In this document: piece after piece, positions 1 to 10,820 of the stretch | Position numbering within the stretch: position 1 is the stretch's first letter | Layout: each line of letters starts with the position of its first letter | Assembly: GCA_000826855.1 (NCBI GenBank) | Contig: JTLS01000018.1 | Coordinates: 1-47,436 of the forward strand | Direction of reading: 5' to 3' | Origin: Basidioascus undulatus | Taxonomy: Eukaryota | DNA: 47,436 nt | Notes under the pieces: model-generated | Database searches by the model: none | What the model saw: only the letters and a program-made list of their open reading frames with translations | Told to the model about the DNA's origin: nothing | Made by a program: the position numbers and the translations under genes

Positions 1-263
1 GGGGGGGGGGGGGGGGAAGAGGGGCCACCCACAGCAATACAAAAATATACGTTCGCCTAGCGATATTCATGTCCTCGTCTCGGGTGCGTAGAGAAGGTGT
101 AGGCTTGGGAGGATATGAGCGTACAAAACACCAGCCGAGTCCATCTGTCCCCTTTGTTTCGTGGCACACGCGCAATTTCGCCTCAACGCGTCGATCGCCG
201 GCGCCGTCTGTCAGACTCCCAATCATCACTTCGCATCCTCCTTACACTGCTAAGCCTCGACAG

Positions 264-1043
264 ATGCAACTCTAAGAAGGTTCCCTATCCCGTATCGCCA
301 AAGGCACATTTGCCTGCGGTCCGTCTCACACCGGCTATCCCTCAGCGTGAGCAGCGTGAGCACACTGATGCCATGGAACCACCGCAGGCGTCCTCGGCAC
401 CATAGCGGGCTACAACTTCCCGCAAAGCTGGATCCCATCGACCGCGACTGTCTGGCTGCGGAGGCACCCGCACATCGTCATGCCCATGCAGCCCGGCGGG
501 TTCCTTGCGGGCATGTGGAACCGAAAATTTGCGTGGCACGGCTTCTTCTTCCTTTACAATCAGTGAGCCCATAGGATGAGCACACCCACAAACGAAGCGT
601 CTCCCTAACTTGGCGACCTCACAGTAACCTTTTTGTTACGCTCATTCTCGCCTCACTCCGTAGTCGAGCAAACGACGGGCCACTCTACGCGACTCGACGG
701 TGGCCGGTGGATCGCGCTGCCTTCGCTAACGAGGACAGCGCTTAAAAACGGTAACCTCCCTATCCGTAGCATTATAGCTCATCGAAACCCGTGCTGACCC
801 TTCCCTCCCGCGTTGATTCCCCTCAGTGCACCACTCCCTATCCGGAGCATCATCGGCGCTGCGGCGGGCGCCGTTGGCCAGCTTGAATGGAATGCTGGCC
901 GGCTAACGCCTCGGATGGCAGGTTCCTTCGTGAGAGTTTGGCATGCAGAGCGTTCTTGTCGTCATGCTGGTCCTGCAAAGCTTGTGGTCGAGAGTCCCTC
1001 AACGATCGTGAAAGACGCAGCCGCGCCTTGGTTGTTCAGGTGA
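264..1043 (+). pseudogene. 3' part of a degenerate multi-exon membrane-protein gene (DUF6534-like C-terminus, tentative)
   Basis: Exons 264-318, 389-562, 625-750 and 827-1043 have GT..AG borders and branch points. They splice to ...GSLSRIAKGTFACGVLGTIAG...AWHGFFFLYNHNLFVTLILASLRSR..., which resembles the 'KLYxNSLLASLNxR' ending of fungal DUF6534 proteins. In-frame TAA codons at 273-275 and 743-745. The 5' end was not resolved. Confidence 0.35.
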
Positions 1044-1597
1044 TAGAAGTGCAGCAAAAGTAATACTTGAATATACACTACTGTCGTACTTAAAATTGCT
1101 TATTTTTAGATTTCCAGATCACTGTGTCCCCAGAGAGCCTGCGGCTGCGCAAGCTTAGAGGATACTGGAACAGGATGCGATGAAGGGGGTTTGCAAATGC
1201 ACGATTCTAAGCCTGTTTCCGAATAAGTTCTCCCATAACCCTATAACTTCTGGAGAATAGCCCAGGGCGTGCTCAATAGATCAAAATCAGGCTGCACTTC
1301 TACAAGGCGTACGCGTATGGTATGCGAGGAGTACTCGGAGCATCAGGTCCAAACGTCTCCTCTGATGGTCTCCCCATTCTGTGTGCATCAAATTGGGTTT
1401 TATTGTTGTTCTCCCAAAATCAGCAGGAAAGGGATAGAGAATACTGCGTGCGAACCGGAGTGACGTGCACTCTTTGGCTACCCGTCGACAGAACGTGTCG
1501 CCTGACGGCTTTCGTCGTTCTCCAGCACTTCAATTAGATTGTCTGCTTGTTTCGATTTCTCCAGCACCCCACATTTGCCTTCCATAAACCGCCGGCC

Positions 1598-1960
1598 ATG
1601 CTCTCTCCACCCACCGCCTCTCCCTTCCTACCCACACACTCGGCCCCATCTACCCCACCTCCGCGCAGGCCGTCCACTCCGCCCTCGCTCCCCGCTTCTT
1701 ACCCGACGCGCCCACGCCCCCAGGGGGCCTGTTCGCAGCCAATTTCTCCACTCTCACTGCCCTCCCCAATCGAGGAAACACCCTTCTTTCTGCCACCCAC
1801 CGACCTACGCACGCCGCTGCTTCCCCCACCGGCGACGGACGCCGCGAGGGAGAGGGCTGCGGCGAGACAGCGCACAGCGGCGACGGCTGGGATGGTGATC
1901 GCCGGAGTTGTCTTTCTAGTTGTTTTCTCGGGCGGGGTGGGACGGTATTTGGACAAGTGA
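1598..1960 (+). CDS. Small Pro/Ser-rich hypothetical protein with a single C-terminal hydrophobic helix (tail-anchor-like), ~120 aa
   Basis: Intronless ORF from ATG 1598 (gccATG context) ending AGMVIAGVVFLVVFSGGVGRYLDK*. Confidence 0.5.
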   Translation: MLSPPTASPFLPTHSAPSTPPPRRPSTPPSLPASYPTRPRPQGACSQPISPLSLPSPIEETPFFLPPTDLRTPLLPPPATDAARERAAARQRTAATAGMVIAGVVFLVVFSGGVGRYLDK

Positions 1961-2117
1961 AGGCGTGGCTTCGGAGCCAGTGGCGGGGCGAGATCGCAGG
2001 GCAGGCGAGGGGGATCGAATGCAGCCTGCGCTCGAATGGTGGATGGAATGACTGGGAGGCAGGCAACTGAAGGGGCTATAGTACGTCAGACGGGTGAATT
2101 AAACAGCCATTGACCTC

Positions 2118-2170
2118 TGGGCGCTTTCGATGTCAGCTTGGGCGCTTTCCGTGTCAGATTGGGAGCTTCG
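2118..2170. repeat. Degenerate 21-bp tandem repeat (~2.5 copies)
   Basis: TGGGCGCTTTCGATGTCAGCT / TGGGCGCTTTCCGTGTCAGAT / TGGGAGCTTCG read directly. Confidence 0.7.
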
Positions 2171-2887
2171 CAAACTCACGGCAGCCGTCTCGCAGCTGCA
2201 ACTTCGGCATTCCAGACATGAGACGTTTTTTTTGTTAATGCATTATTCCGTAAAGTCAATCGCTTTTTTTATAGTCTATATATTTCTAAAGTGTTTTTTG
2301 TGTTGTGGCATTTGCTCGAGATGGTGCAGGCGCAAAGGTTTGGTCATCGAGTTTCTGTCCTCAACCAGTGATCTCTCGGCAATGAACAACATTCAGAAGC
2401 ACTCTGAAAGCACTCCAGACCCCAAAAAAATGAAAAAGATGGGGGGTTCTTACACATCAGTGACTGTAGTCTTTGGACGGGCCGCGAGGGGGCTGTAGCA
2501 TTGGAGTGGTCATGAAGTCTGACCCGCGTCAACGCTGCTGCGTATGAAAGGGCGAGCTGTCTGCACCGTTGAACGAAAATGTTAAATTTTGGGATATTTG
2601 GATAGATAACGTGTAGGAATTGGGCTGTCGCTGAGGAACTTGACTTGACAAAAACGTGCCAGTGTGGGGTCAGCAAGTTGGCCGTGTCGCGTAGCTGTGC
2701 AACGGTGGACCGAATAGTCAGGACTGTGAAATCGGGACAATATACCGCTCATCCAGAGTCTTAGTTGCATCCGGGACATTAGCAGACTAGCGGGACTGGA
2801 GAGAGGCGGATCCGAACTCGCTGTGCTCTCCGCTCTCCGCTCCACCTCACATACGCACCTTGTCAACGCAACCTCTCACACGTCACC

Positions 2888-4007
2888 ATGATCCAATACT
2901 TCAAAATGCCAGGCAACTATAAGTCGACTAACGTTTCTCCAAGTCAACCTCAGACACGATCGCACTGCGGTCGAGCGATTCGGGTTTGTTCCACATGGAT
3001 CGCCTTGTGCTCACCGCCTCGTCCTCCTTCTGGAAGGCTACTGGAGCTTCCGCAGCCCTTGAAGAAAAATATTACTGAGGATGTTTTTGACTTTCAAAAG
3101 CCGTCGCACACCCTTGAGCCGTGCCTCGCGCTCCTCTGCGGACGCGCCGCTGAGGTCTCCATCGGTTCATTGAACAGGCTTCTGAGCGTGGTGAGTGCGG
3201 GCTTTTGAGAGGATAATTTCCGTGCTTATACGCCGGTGTTATGCTCTCGCGTCTCTGAAGTACGACAACGCCGTTGTCACAGAGTCCCTCCGCGGCGACG
3301 TGCACTGTCTCGCTCGCGCCTCCCCTTTCCAAGCATACAAGGTCGCGCACAGCTCGGCTGGGAGAAGGACGCTGTGCAGATTTCGGCCCTCACGCTGGAC
3401 CAGGATATCCTCTGCTCCCCTGACTATGACTTCAGCCGTATACCACCATCTTTTTGTCAATGTCTGGTCGAGCTCCATGAAAATCGTTTGGTGAAAGCCC
3501 GCGCTCTCCTCATGCAAACCCGTATGAACGAGGACTCTGGAACTTACCCCACTATGTTGGGCGAAAAGTGTTCGTACTGGTCTCCTTCCTCTCCAATGTG
3601 AATTGGCTGCGGACAACTTGCTACATCCTCTGATTGTGTGCCCTAGAGCATGGGCCAAACAGAAGAGCAGTTTGCTGGATACTTATGGTCGCTTTTCAAA
3701 GTGCTGGGCACGATCTCGGCAGGTGTAAAGCTACTTCCGCTCCGCCGAAGTTGCTGGCTCAGGCGTTGCACTCGTGCTGGGACCGCCATCCGAACACTCT
3801 CAGAAATACGCTCAATCTTGAGTGTTCCAAAAATTTCAGGATATCAGTGGACTTACATCAACAAATGGTCAGTGCCTGATAGACGTAGAACAGCAAGTGC
3901 AGATGCCTCCGGCGGCGCCTCCTCTTTATATGGCACCCAGGCCCTCTCTTCGTTACAGTCCTGTTCCCGATGTTTCTGGCATCTCGAGTAAATATTTGAC
4001 TGTGTAG
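2888..4007 (+). pseudogene. Basidiomycete-type BTB/POZ domain protein, frameshifted
   Basis: From 2953, DTIALRSSDSGLFHMDRLVLTASSSFWK matches the BTB start (D-x-x-LRSSD..F.vhr.vL..aS.ff). It continues in another frame after ~3036 as LLELPQP...FDFQKPSHTLEPCLALL, then LKYDNAVV and LGWEKDAVQIS...FSRIPPSFCQCLVELHENR, the usual post-BTB helical region. No intron can bridge the 3036 shift. The 3' end is uncertain. Confidence 0.6.
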
Positions 4008-4717
4008 GAAGGTGTTGTGAGGAGTGGGCGGTAGGGGAACGGCCAGCAATATGCATGTTATTTGGTGAACGTTAGGGCGCGGAGACGCTGTTGGGCCGTC
4101 TCGCTCATGCGGACAGCGGACTGAAAGCCGGCTGCATCCTCGCTTTGAGAGGAGGAAGCGAGGAGAGGAAGTGACTTTGTCCTGGGTGATCATATTTTTG
4201 AAAGTTAGCTCGGTCGTAACTGAACGTGTGTTACTGATCATGTTTCAAAACGAAAAGGGGAACAACACATGGCACATTGAATGGGTGTAAACTTCGCCGC
4301 ACCCCCATGTCAGATTGTATGGCGTATGTCCCCTCTCCGGCTACGGTAGAATGAATGATACAGGGTTATTGATCGGATAAAAATTTAGAGCCAAAAGAAA
4401 ACGAAGATCGTGGGTAGCATTACCGAAGCACGCGTACAGCTCCGGCTCATGTCAATGAAGTCCACCGCTTCCGTTTCCGCTGCACCTAGAATGACCGTCG
4501 CCTTCTTTTATCTTTACCCAAATACATTCATGCTACCTAAAGAAAAATCTGGAGCTACGTTTTCAACAATTCGAGCTGCTTCTCGTCGCAAAGGGTGTTG
4601 GTCGGAAGATATAGAAAAATCACGTCACCTCGCTGAGATAAGCCGCGCGAGGCCAGGACACACTGCGAAGTTGTTCTTCGCGACACTTCGTCCGCAACCA
4701 CACCATTCTCGCTCGTG

Positions 4718-6535
4718 ATGAACCTCACGATCACCACGCATGCGACCGACCTCTTCATATACCCGACGCCCGAGGGCGTAGAGCCCGTAGACCCAGACGA
4801 TGCGATCCTGCTCGCGATGATCCACCTGGACGTTCCCGCCGACGCGGTGCCGAGAAAACTGTCAAAGCTGACGGTGACGCTTGTCGGGAATGAATCTTTG
4901 GGGGTGAGTCTACAACCTTGTTCAAGCATACCCGAATGATACTTAAGCTTGTTGATTTATCTTCCTGAAGTTCCCGAGCGGCACGTTCGAGCAGCAGGAG
5001 GTATCGCACCGGTCGGTGTCAATTCGACAGGCGAAAGACCAAATGCTTGAACCTGGCCGGGTTTATCGGTTCGTCCGCCCCACGTGTCCTCGCCGCAGTA
5101 CAGTCGGTGTTGACAAAGGGCACAAATCTTCGCAGATGGGAGGTGACTTTCAACATCCCACACTCCACTGCGCCGTACGAGCGCAGCCACTACGGACGTC
5201 TGTACTACAAGCTCGTCGCGAAGATCAATTTTGCCGGGATGTTCGCCAAGTCAATATCTGCTGAAAAGGTATGCGAGTCTTCCATGACTGCACTCAACCT
5301 GAAAGGCGCTGAACATTGGCGGGTGTACGGCGCAGAATGTCTTCCCGATCGCCTCGCCCGCGCCCGACGGCTCACTAGCCTATCAACGTACCCACCGCGA
5401 CGTTGCTGACGGTTTAGGAGTGCGTATACTCCGTACACTCCCACTTTATTCGTGATTGTGTGCTCACCGGATCTTTTCAGCCCATTCTCCTCGCTGTCCG
5501 CACTCAGCATCTGACAGTGGGTGGCTAGTGAGGCGCTGCCGAAGCTGTTCACCCTCCCTTCCCACTGACCTGCCTGCCCCTCCGCTTCGCAGCCTCCGCT
5601 TCGCACTCACCCTTCCATGTCCCTCCCCCATTCTGAACCTAGACTCGATCGAGCTCATCCTCGTCCAGACGACGATCCTTCACAGCCGCGTCCGGCCGGG
5701 CTACGTCCAGACGTGCCCGCCGAAGCGGATGGTGTTCCTCTCCGCGACGGGAAAGGAGCTGCGGGCCATGGAAGATGGCGAGGGAGGGATAGAGGGCGAT
5801 TGGGTCGCGAGGCTACCGGATGATGGGTCAGCGAGGTGAGTGTTTGGGGGCTAGGGCGATCGAAGACACAGCTCATTTGGGGAGGGCGGCAGGGGATCGT
5901 CACTGCCTGGAAGCGATAGCGCGATCAAAATGGCGCATGAGCTGGAGGTCCGGCTGCAGTACCACGAAGACGGGGCGTCGTCCTCTAAGCAGTCTGCGCC
6001 TGCAATGCTATACACGGCCAGCTGGCCGCTCACGTTGCCCTCGGTGAGCATTCCTCCTCTCTTCTGACCGGCTTTGCGGGCGGAATGCGTCTCTGTCAAA
6101 TGGTCTGACTCGTTTACTGCAGTGCGGCTGCCGCTATTACTCCGTCCGCTTGCCAACCTACACCGCGCGCGACCACTCGCCCGTGCCATCAAAGTCCCGG
6201 GACAGTTGGGCGGGGACAAACGAGTTTGAGTCGCACGATCAGTGCGTGTGCGGGGATACACTAGAAATGTACGTCCCTGGTCCTCCCCACTTTTCACGCC
6301 TCATCACACAGTGCATTCTTAACACCCGGAGCGGTGGCTCGTCAGGTTACTAGGGACGGAAGCAGAAGCGGAAGCGGCCGAGGCCCAGCGGCTGACGGAG
6401 GAGCTGGCGGTCGAGGCGGAGGCGATGGGCGTGCGGGCGCCGGACGAGGAGGAGCTGGAGCTAAGAGGGTGGCAGAAGAAGGCGTGGAACGAGTATACAC
6501 CGACGGCGACGAGGAGTCCGAGTCCGACGGAGTGA
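4718..6535 (+). CDS. Alpha-arrestin-like (arrestin N-domain) protein, ~9 exons
   Basis: The spliced frame is open from ATG 4718 to TGA 6535. WEVTFNIPHSTAPYERSHYGRLYYKLVAK matches the arrestin_N strand motif. IKMAHELEVRLQY is arrestin_C-like. LPTY is a PY-like motif near the C-terminus. Confidence 0.7.
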
Positions 6536-7650
6536 CATGGATAGCTTGCGCAGATGCTGCATCCGTCGTTTGTGAGGAAGGGGAACGTAATTCGGGTACT
6601 CTGTGGCTTCGGGGGGCTGTAATGCTGACTTCAATGGAGTGGGAGTTCTGAAGACAATTGACTGCCTTGCTTTGGGATTGTATGATTCGAGCGGTGGTCC
6701 ACAACTCTTCGTCGGAGATGCAAAGGCAGGCAGTGCATGCAGCCTGAGCATGACTCGCTGCCTGTGCTCCCTCCTCCGTGCTCTTTCCTGTGGACCTACT
6801 CGCCTAGCCTGGTTTCGGAAAGCATTCGAACAAAATTCTTGTACAGCTCTGGAGGCCGGTCGTAGCACACACACCCGTCGTAGACTAGTGTCGTCTCAGC
6901 ATCATGCCTTTCAGTCCTCAGTCAGCATTGACCGACCTTACCGAGGATTAACCCTTCCGGAGTGTGCTCCCATGCGCACCATCACAAATTTAATGATTGG
7001 CATGACCGATGTCCATCCCTCCACTGCCATGTGTGCTTGTGTGTGCCAACTCTGGACGCTCGACAGAACCGGTGCGGCGGCTCCGGGAGATATAGTCGAG
7101 GAACGCTTGCATCCAAATCTCGTCACCGCTACACCTTGCCTTTTCACCTTCACCATCACCCCCATCTCCTTCATTTTCATCCCACACGCACCCCGGGCGT
7201 TCAGGTGCGGTATCCTGAACGGTGAGAGTAAGGCAAGCCCGCCGTACTTCTTGCGGGCTGGATCTGAACGCAACGGGCTGCCGAAACAGGACTCAGCAGA
7301 GGGCTCGTGTGATTGCGTGGTACGGATCGGTAGCTACGAAGTGCGCCGCTCGCTCTGTTTTGGATAGACGCACGTAGGATTTGACGATATTGGTGAGTCC
7401 ACCATCTGGGCACAGGAAGGAGCGACTCCCATGGATGCCGTGTGAAAGCGAGCGCTCGCTATCGGTGACGGCTGGGACGTTCATCTCCTTAGGAGGTCCC
7501 GCCGTTTCTGATATGCGATCGAGTCGCGGTCTTGTTCAAAACTATACCAATCCACCCTCAAATAGATGTAGGAAGCTCACAGTGACCATCTGACCTGCAG
7601 CCGTTCGAATCGCCCCTCGATCTCCCCTTCGAACTCACCGTCGCACGACC

Positions 7651-10266
7651 ATGTCGCCCTCTCGTCCACGAGCGTCCACGATTGAGTCCATCTTCACGCT
7701 GTCTCTCACGGACGGGCCGACGTTCTCCACATCCTCGTCTTCCGCTTTCCCCTCCCCGGCGATCCCCATCCCCGCGCGCACACCCTCCCCCTCGCCGGGG
7801 CCATCCTCCCGCCCACTCTCGTCCCCGGGCTCGCCCTACTCCCTCGGCACCGAAGAAACCCCATTCAACTTTTCCCCGCCTCTTCGACCGCAGCTCCAGC
7901 ACGGCTCCCGCTCCCGCCAGGACAGCGTCTTGAGCTATGCGAGCACAGTGGCGACCGAGCCCGAGTCGGACGACGAAGGCGAGGACGAGGAGGGCGAGAC
8001 TGGGGCCAAGGTGAACGCCCGAGAACAGAAGCGATTGGAGCAGGGCGAGTCCCCATCTCTCCTTGTGCCCTCCGCAGCCGCGTCGGCATCCACCCCGGCC
8101 TTCCCCTCGCCGCAGCTGCTCCAAAGCCCGCTGCCCTCCCGCCCGTCCACCTCCCACGCCGAGTCCTTCCCACGCAACGCCGCGCAGCCCCAGCCGGTCC
8201 CCCCGCGCCCAAAGCTGCTCTACCGCCTCCGCGCCCGCGCCGGCTCCTCATCGAGCGTCTCCTCCCTCCCGCGGTGCTTCAAGCGCTCGGCGCACTCGAC
8301 GTCCCCGATCGCACCGCCGTCGCCCGCCGCGGCGTCCTCTTCCGCCGTCATCCTCCCACTCCCGCAGAGCATTGAACCCCGCATCGAGCCCGCGCCGTTC
8401 GTGGTTCGCGTCAAGCCGATCTTGCGCGACCCGCTCAACACCAAGCTCCCCCATGAGCTCAGGGTCAAGATCCTCGACACGGTGTTGGGGATGTACGAGG
8501 ACGAGGAGCCGCTTGCGAGGAGCTTTGGGGCGCGCTGGGTGGGGCGGAGTGCGGGGCTGCGGGAGTTGATTAGGATTAGTCGGGTGAGTCCCCTTCCCCT
8601 CTCCGCATCCCCGTCAAGACGCGGCCGCTGAAGCTCTACGACTGTCCTTTTCTCACAGGTCTCGCGCGCCTGGCGCTCGCTCGCGCTCGATGGGCAACTC
8701 TGGCACACGCTCGACATAACGTCCTTTCTCCATCCTCTCCCGACGCACCCGACCTCCCCATCAACCCTCACCTTCCTCCCGCACCTGCCTGCGCACGTCG
8801 CACCCTTCCTGCAGCACCTCACGCTTCCCTCCGCGCCCGCATTCCTGAGCGCCCTCACGTCCTCAGCCTCCCCTACGACGCACCTCCGATCCCTCAACCT
8901 GCGCGGCTGCCGCGGCCTGCAAGCCCACGCACTGCACGACGCCCTGCGCGCGTGCCCTGAGCTCCGCCGGCTGAGCGTGCACGGCTTGCCGTGCGTCGAG
9001 AACCAGACGCTGCGCGTCGTGGCAAGTGCGTGCCCGCTGCTGGAGGCGCTCGATGTGGGGCGGTGTGCGGGGGCGGATGGACAGGGCATGCTGGACTTCC
9101 TGGGGGCTAGGGACGGGGAGGGAAACCTGCTTCGGGAGCTGAGACTTGGGGCGATGCGGGGCGTTACGGACGAAGTCCTCGCGCTCGTCGGGGAATCGCT
9201 TCCTCGTCTGGCAGTCCTCGACCTCTCATCCTCGCCGTCCCTAACGGATTCGGCCGTCGCGGCGCTCGTCACGCTCCCCGACCCGTCGGACTCTACCGGC
9301 AGCAGTGACAACCCCATCGACCGCAACGTCGTGGTCCTCACTCCTCGCGAAGCCGGGCTGGACCCAACGACGGTCGTGACGCCGGTGCACCGGCGCGTCC
9401 TCCTGCACCTGACGCACCTCATCCTCTCATCGAGCAAGGGCCTCTCCGACGCGTCCTGCGCGTCGCTCGCACACGCCCTCCCCAACGTCCAGATCCTCGA
9501 GCTCGCGGGCCTGCGAAACCTGCACGACCCGGGACTGTGCAAGCTGCTCGAAACGATGCCGCGCCTGCGGCGGCTGGACGTCGAGGACTGTCCACGACTT
9601 ACAGACACGGTCCTGCACGCGCTCTTCCTCGCACCTTTCGCCCCGGAGCTCACGCACCTCCAGCTCTCCCAAGTGTCACACATGTCCCCCGACGCGCTCC
9701 AGTCCCTCCTGACCGCCGCCCCGCGCCTGTCAACCCTCCACCTCGACGGTTCCCCCCTCGGTACGGACTCGGTCCTCCGGTCCTTCGTCCTCGCGCACCG
9801 CGCGCGCGCGACCCGTAGCGCAGAGATCAGCGTCGTCGACTGCCGCGGCGTGTCTAAGCCGTGCGTGCTCGCGCTTGCGCGCGCGGGCGCGATCCGCCCG
9901 CGCAGGGGCTGGAAAGGGTGGGAAGGCCGCACGATGCGGTACCGCGATGGGCCGGGGAGCGCGTGGACGGAGACGGAGTGCGACGAGCAGAGGGTCGTTG
10001 TGCATGCGTTCGCGGCATGGCAGGCCGTGGATGAAGCAGAGCGGAGAAGGCGCGCGGTGGAAGTTGCGGAGGAGGGCGGTGGAGCTGCGGGCGCGGGCGG
10101 GGCGGCGGGTGCGCGTGCTGCGGGCGCAGACGGCCTCCCACCGCTCGGGAGGGGCGTTGTGAGGGCGGGCAGGATCAGGTCGAGGTGGGGCGGAGGCGGA
10201 AGGAGCGTCGCGGTCGGTGGAGCCAACGGCGACGGCGACGGTCCGAGGGGGTGTGTCGTCGCTTGA
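7651..10266 (+). CDS. F-box / leucine-rich-repeat (RNI-like) protein, FBXL2-like, with C-terminal CaaX (CVVA)
   Basis: Two exons (intron 8584-8658). The F-box is split around an insert: LPHELRVKIL...ELIRISR|VSRAWRSLALDGQLW. Multiple LRRs (LRSLNLRGC, LEALDVGRC, LAVLDLSS, LRRLDVEDC). Ends PRGCVVA*. Confidence 0.85.
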
Positions 10267-10820
10267 GCAGGTCGTCGCAGTCCATCGTAGGGTGGCTATC
10301 CGGTATGCGTTCACTTTCTTCCAGTTTCATCTCCTTCATTCCTCTGGCCAATGTTGTATCTCCACACTTTCGTCTCTCCACACTCCGTTCTGGGCTCTCT
10401 CCACATGCTGTACAAAACATCTCTCGTCTTCTCGTTCTCGCCCAGTTTCACCCTCACCGTTCCACAATCCCCAGTCGTTCCCACCCATTTCCTGCATCGC
10501 ATCGCTTGTCCTCTCTCGCACACACCTGTACCACCTCTCGCTCGTCTGACATAGTGTTTCCTGTCTCGCTGATCTGATTGTCCTCTTCCTACTCTGCGTT
10601 GATGCAGTGGCTTTCAAGCGGTTCGTACCCAGCGACTTTTACCTGAAATCCATGATGCGCAGTTCGCCGTCGCGATGTCAGCGGCTCCGAGCGCAAGGTG
10701 GCATACAGGCCTCAGGCTCGACATCGACGGGCAGGTTACAATCAGATACAAGAAAGCGAGGAATAACAAGAATTAAGATACTGGAATATCTGGCAGGAGC
10801 CGACGAACGTCAAGTGCCCC

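Noticed and set aside
1..16. Poly-G run (16 nt) at the window start
   Set aside because: Homopolymer at the edge. It may be a sequencing artefact or simple repeat, and there is no context to interpret it.
6603..7367. 254-aa + strand ORF
   Set aside because: Non-ATG start, no recognisable motif or codon bias. It spans the arrestin 3' region and the F-box promoter/leader.
7222..7600. Possible TPP riboswitch in the 5' leader introns
   Set aside because: The conserved CTGAGA and GATCxGGxTAATxCCxGCG elements are absent.
7600..7625. GTTCGAATC T-loop-like motif (also GTTCGATCCC at ~41405)
   Set aside because: No flanking T-stem, acceptor stem or D/anticodon arms, so not a tRNA.
8220..10226. 668-aa antisense ORF
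   Set aside because: Shadow frame of the very GC-rich F-box/LRR exon; Arg/Ala/Ser-rich with no domain.
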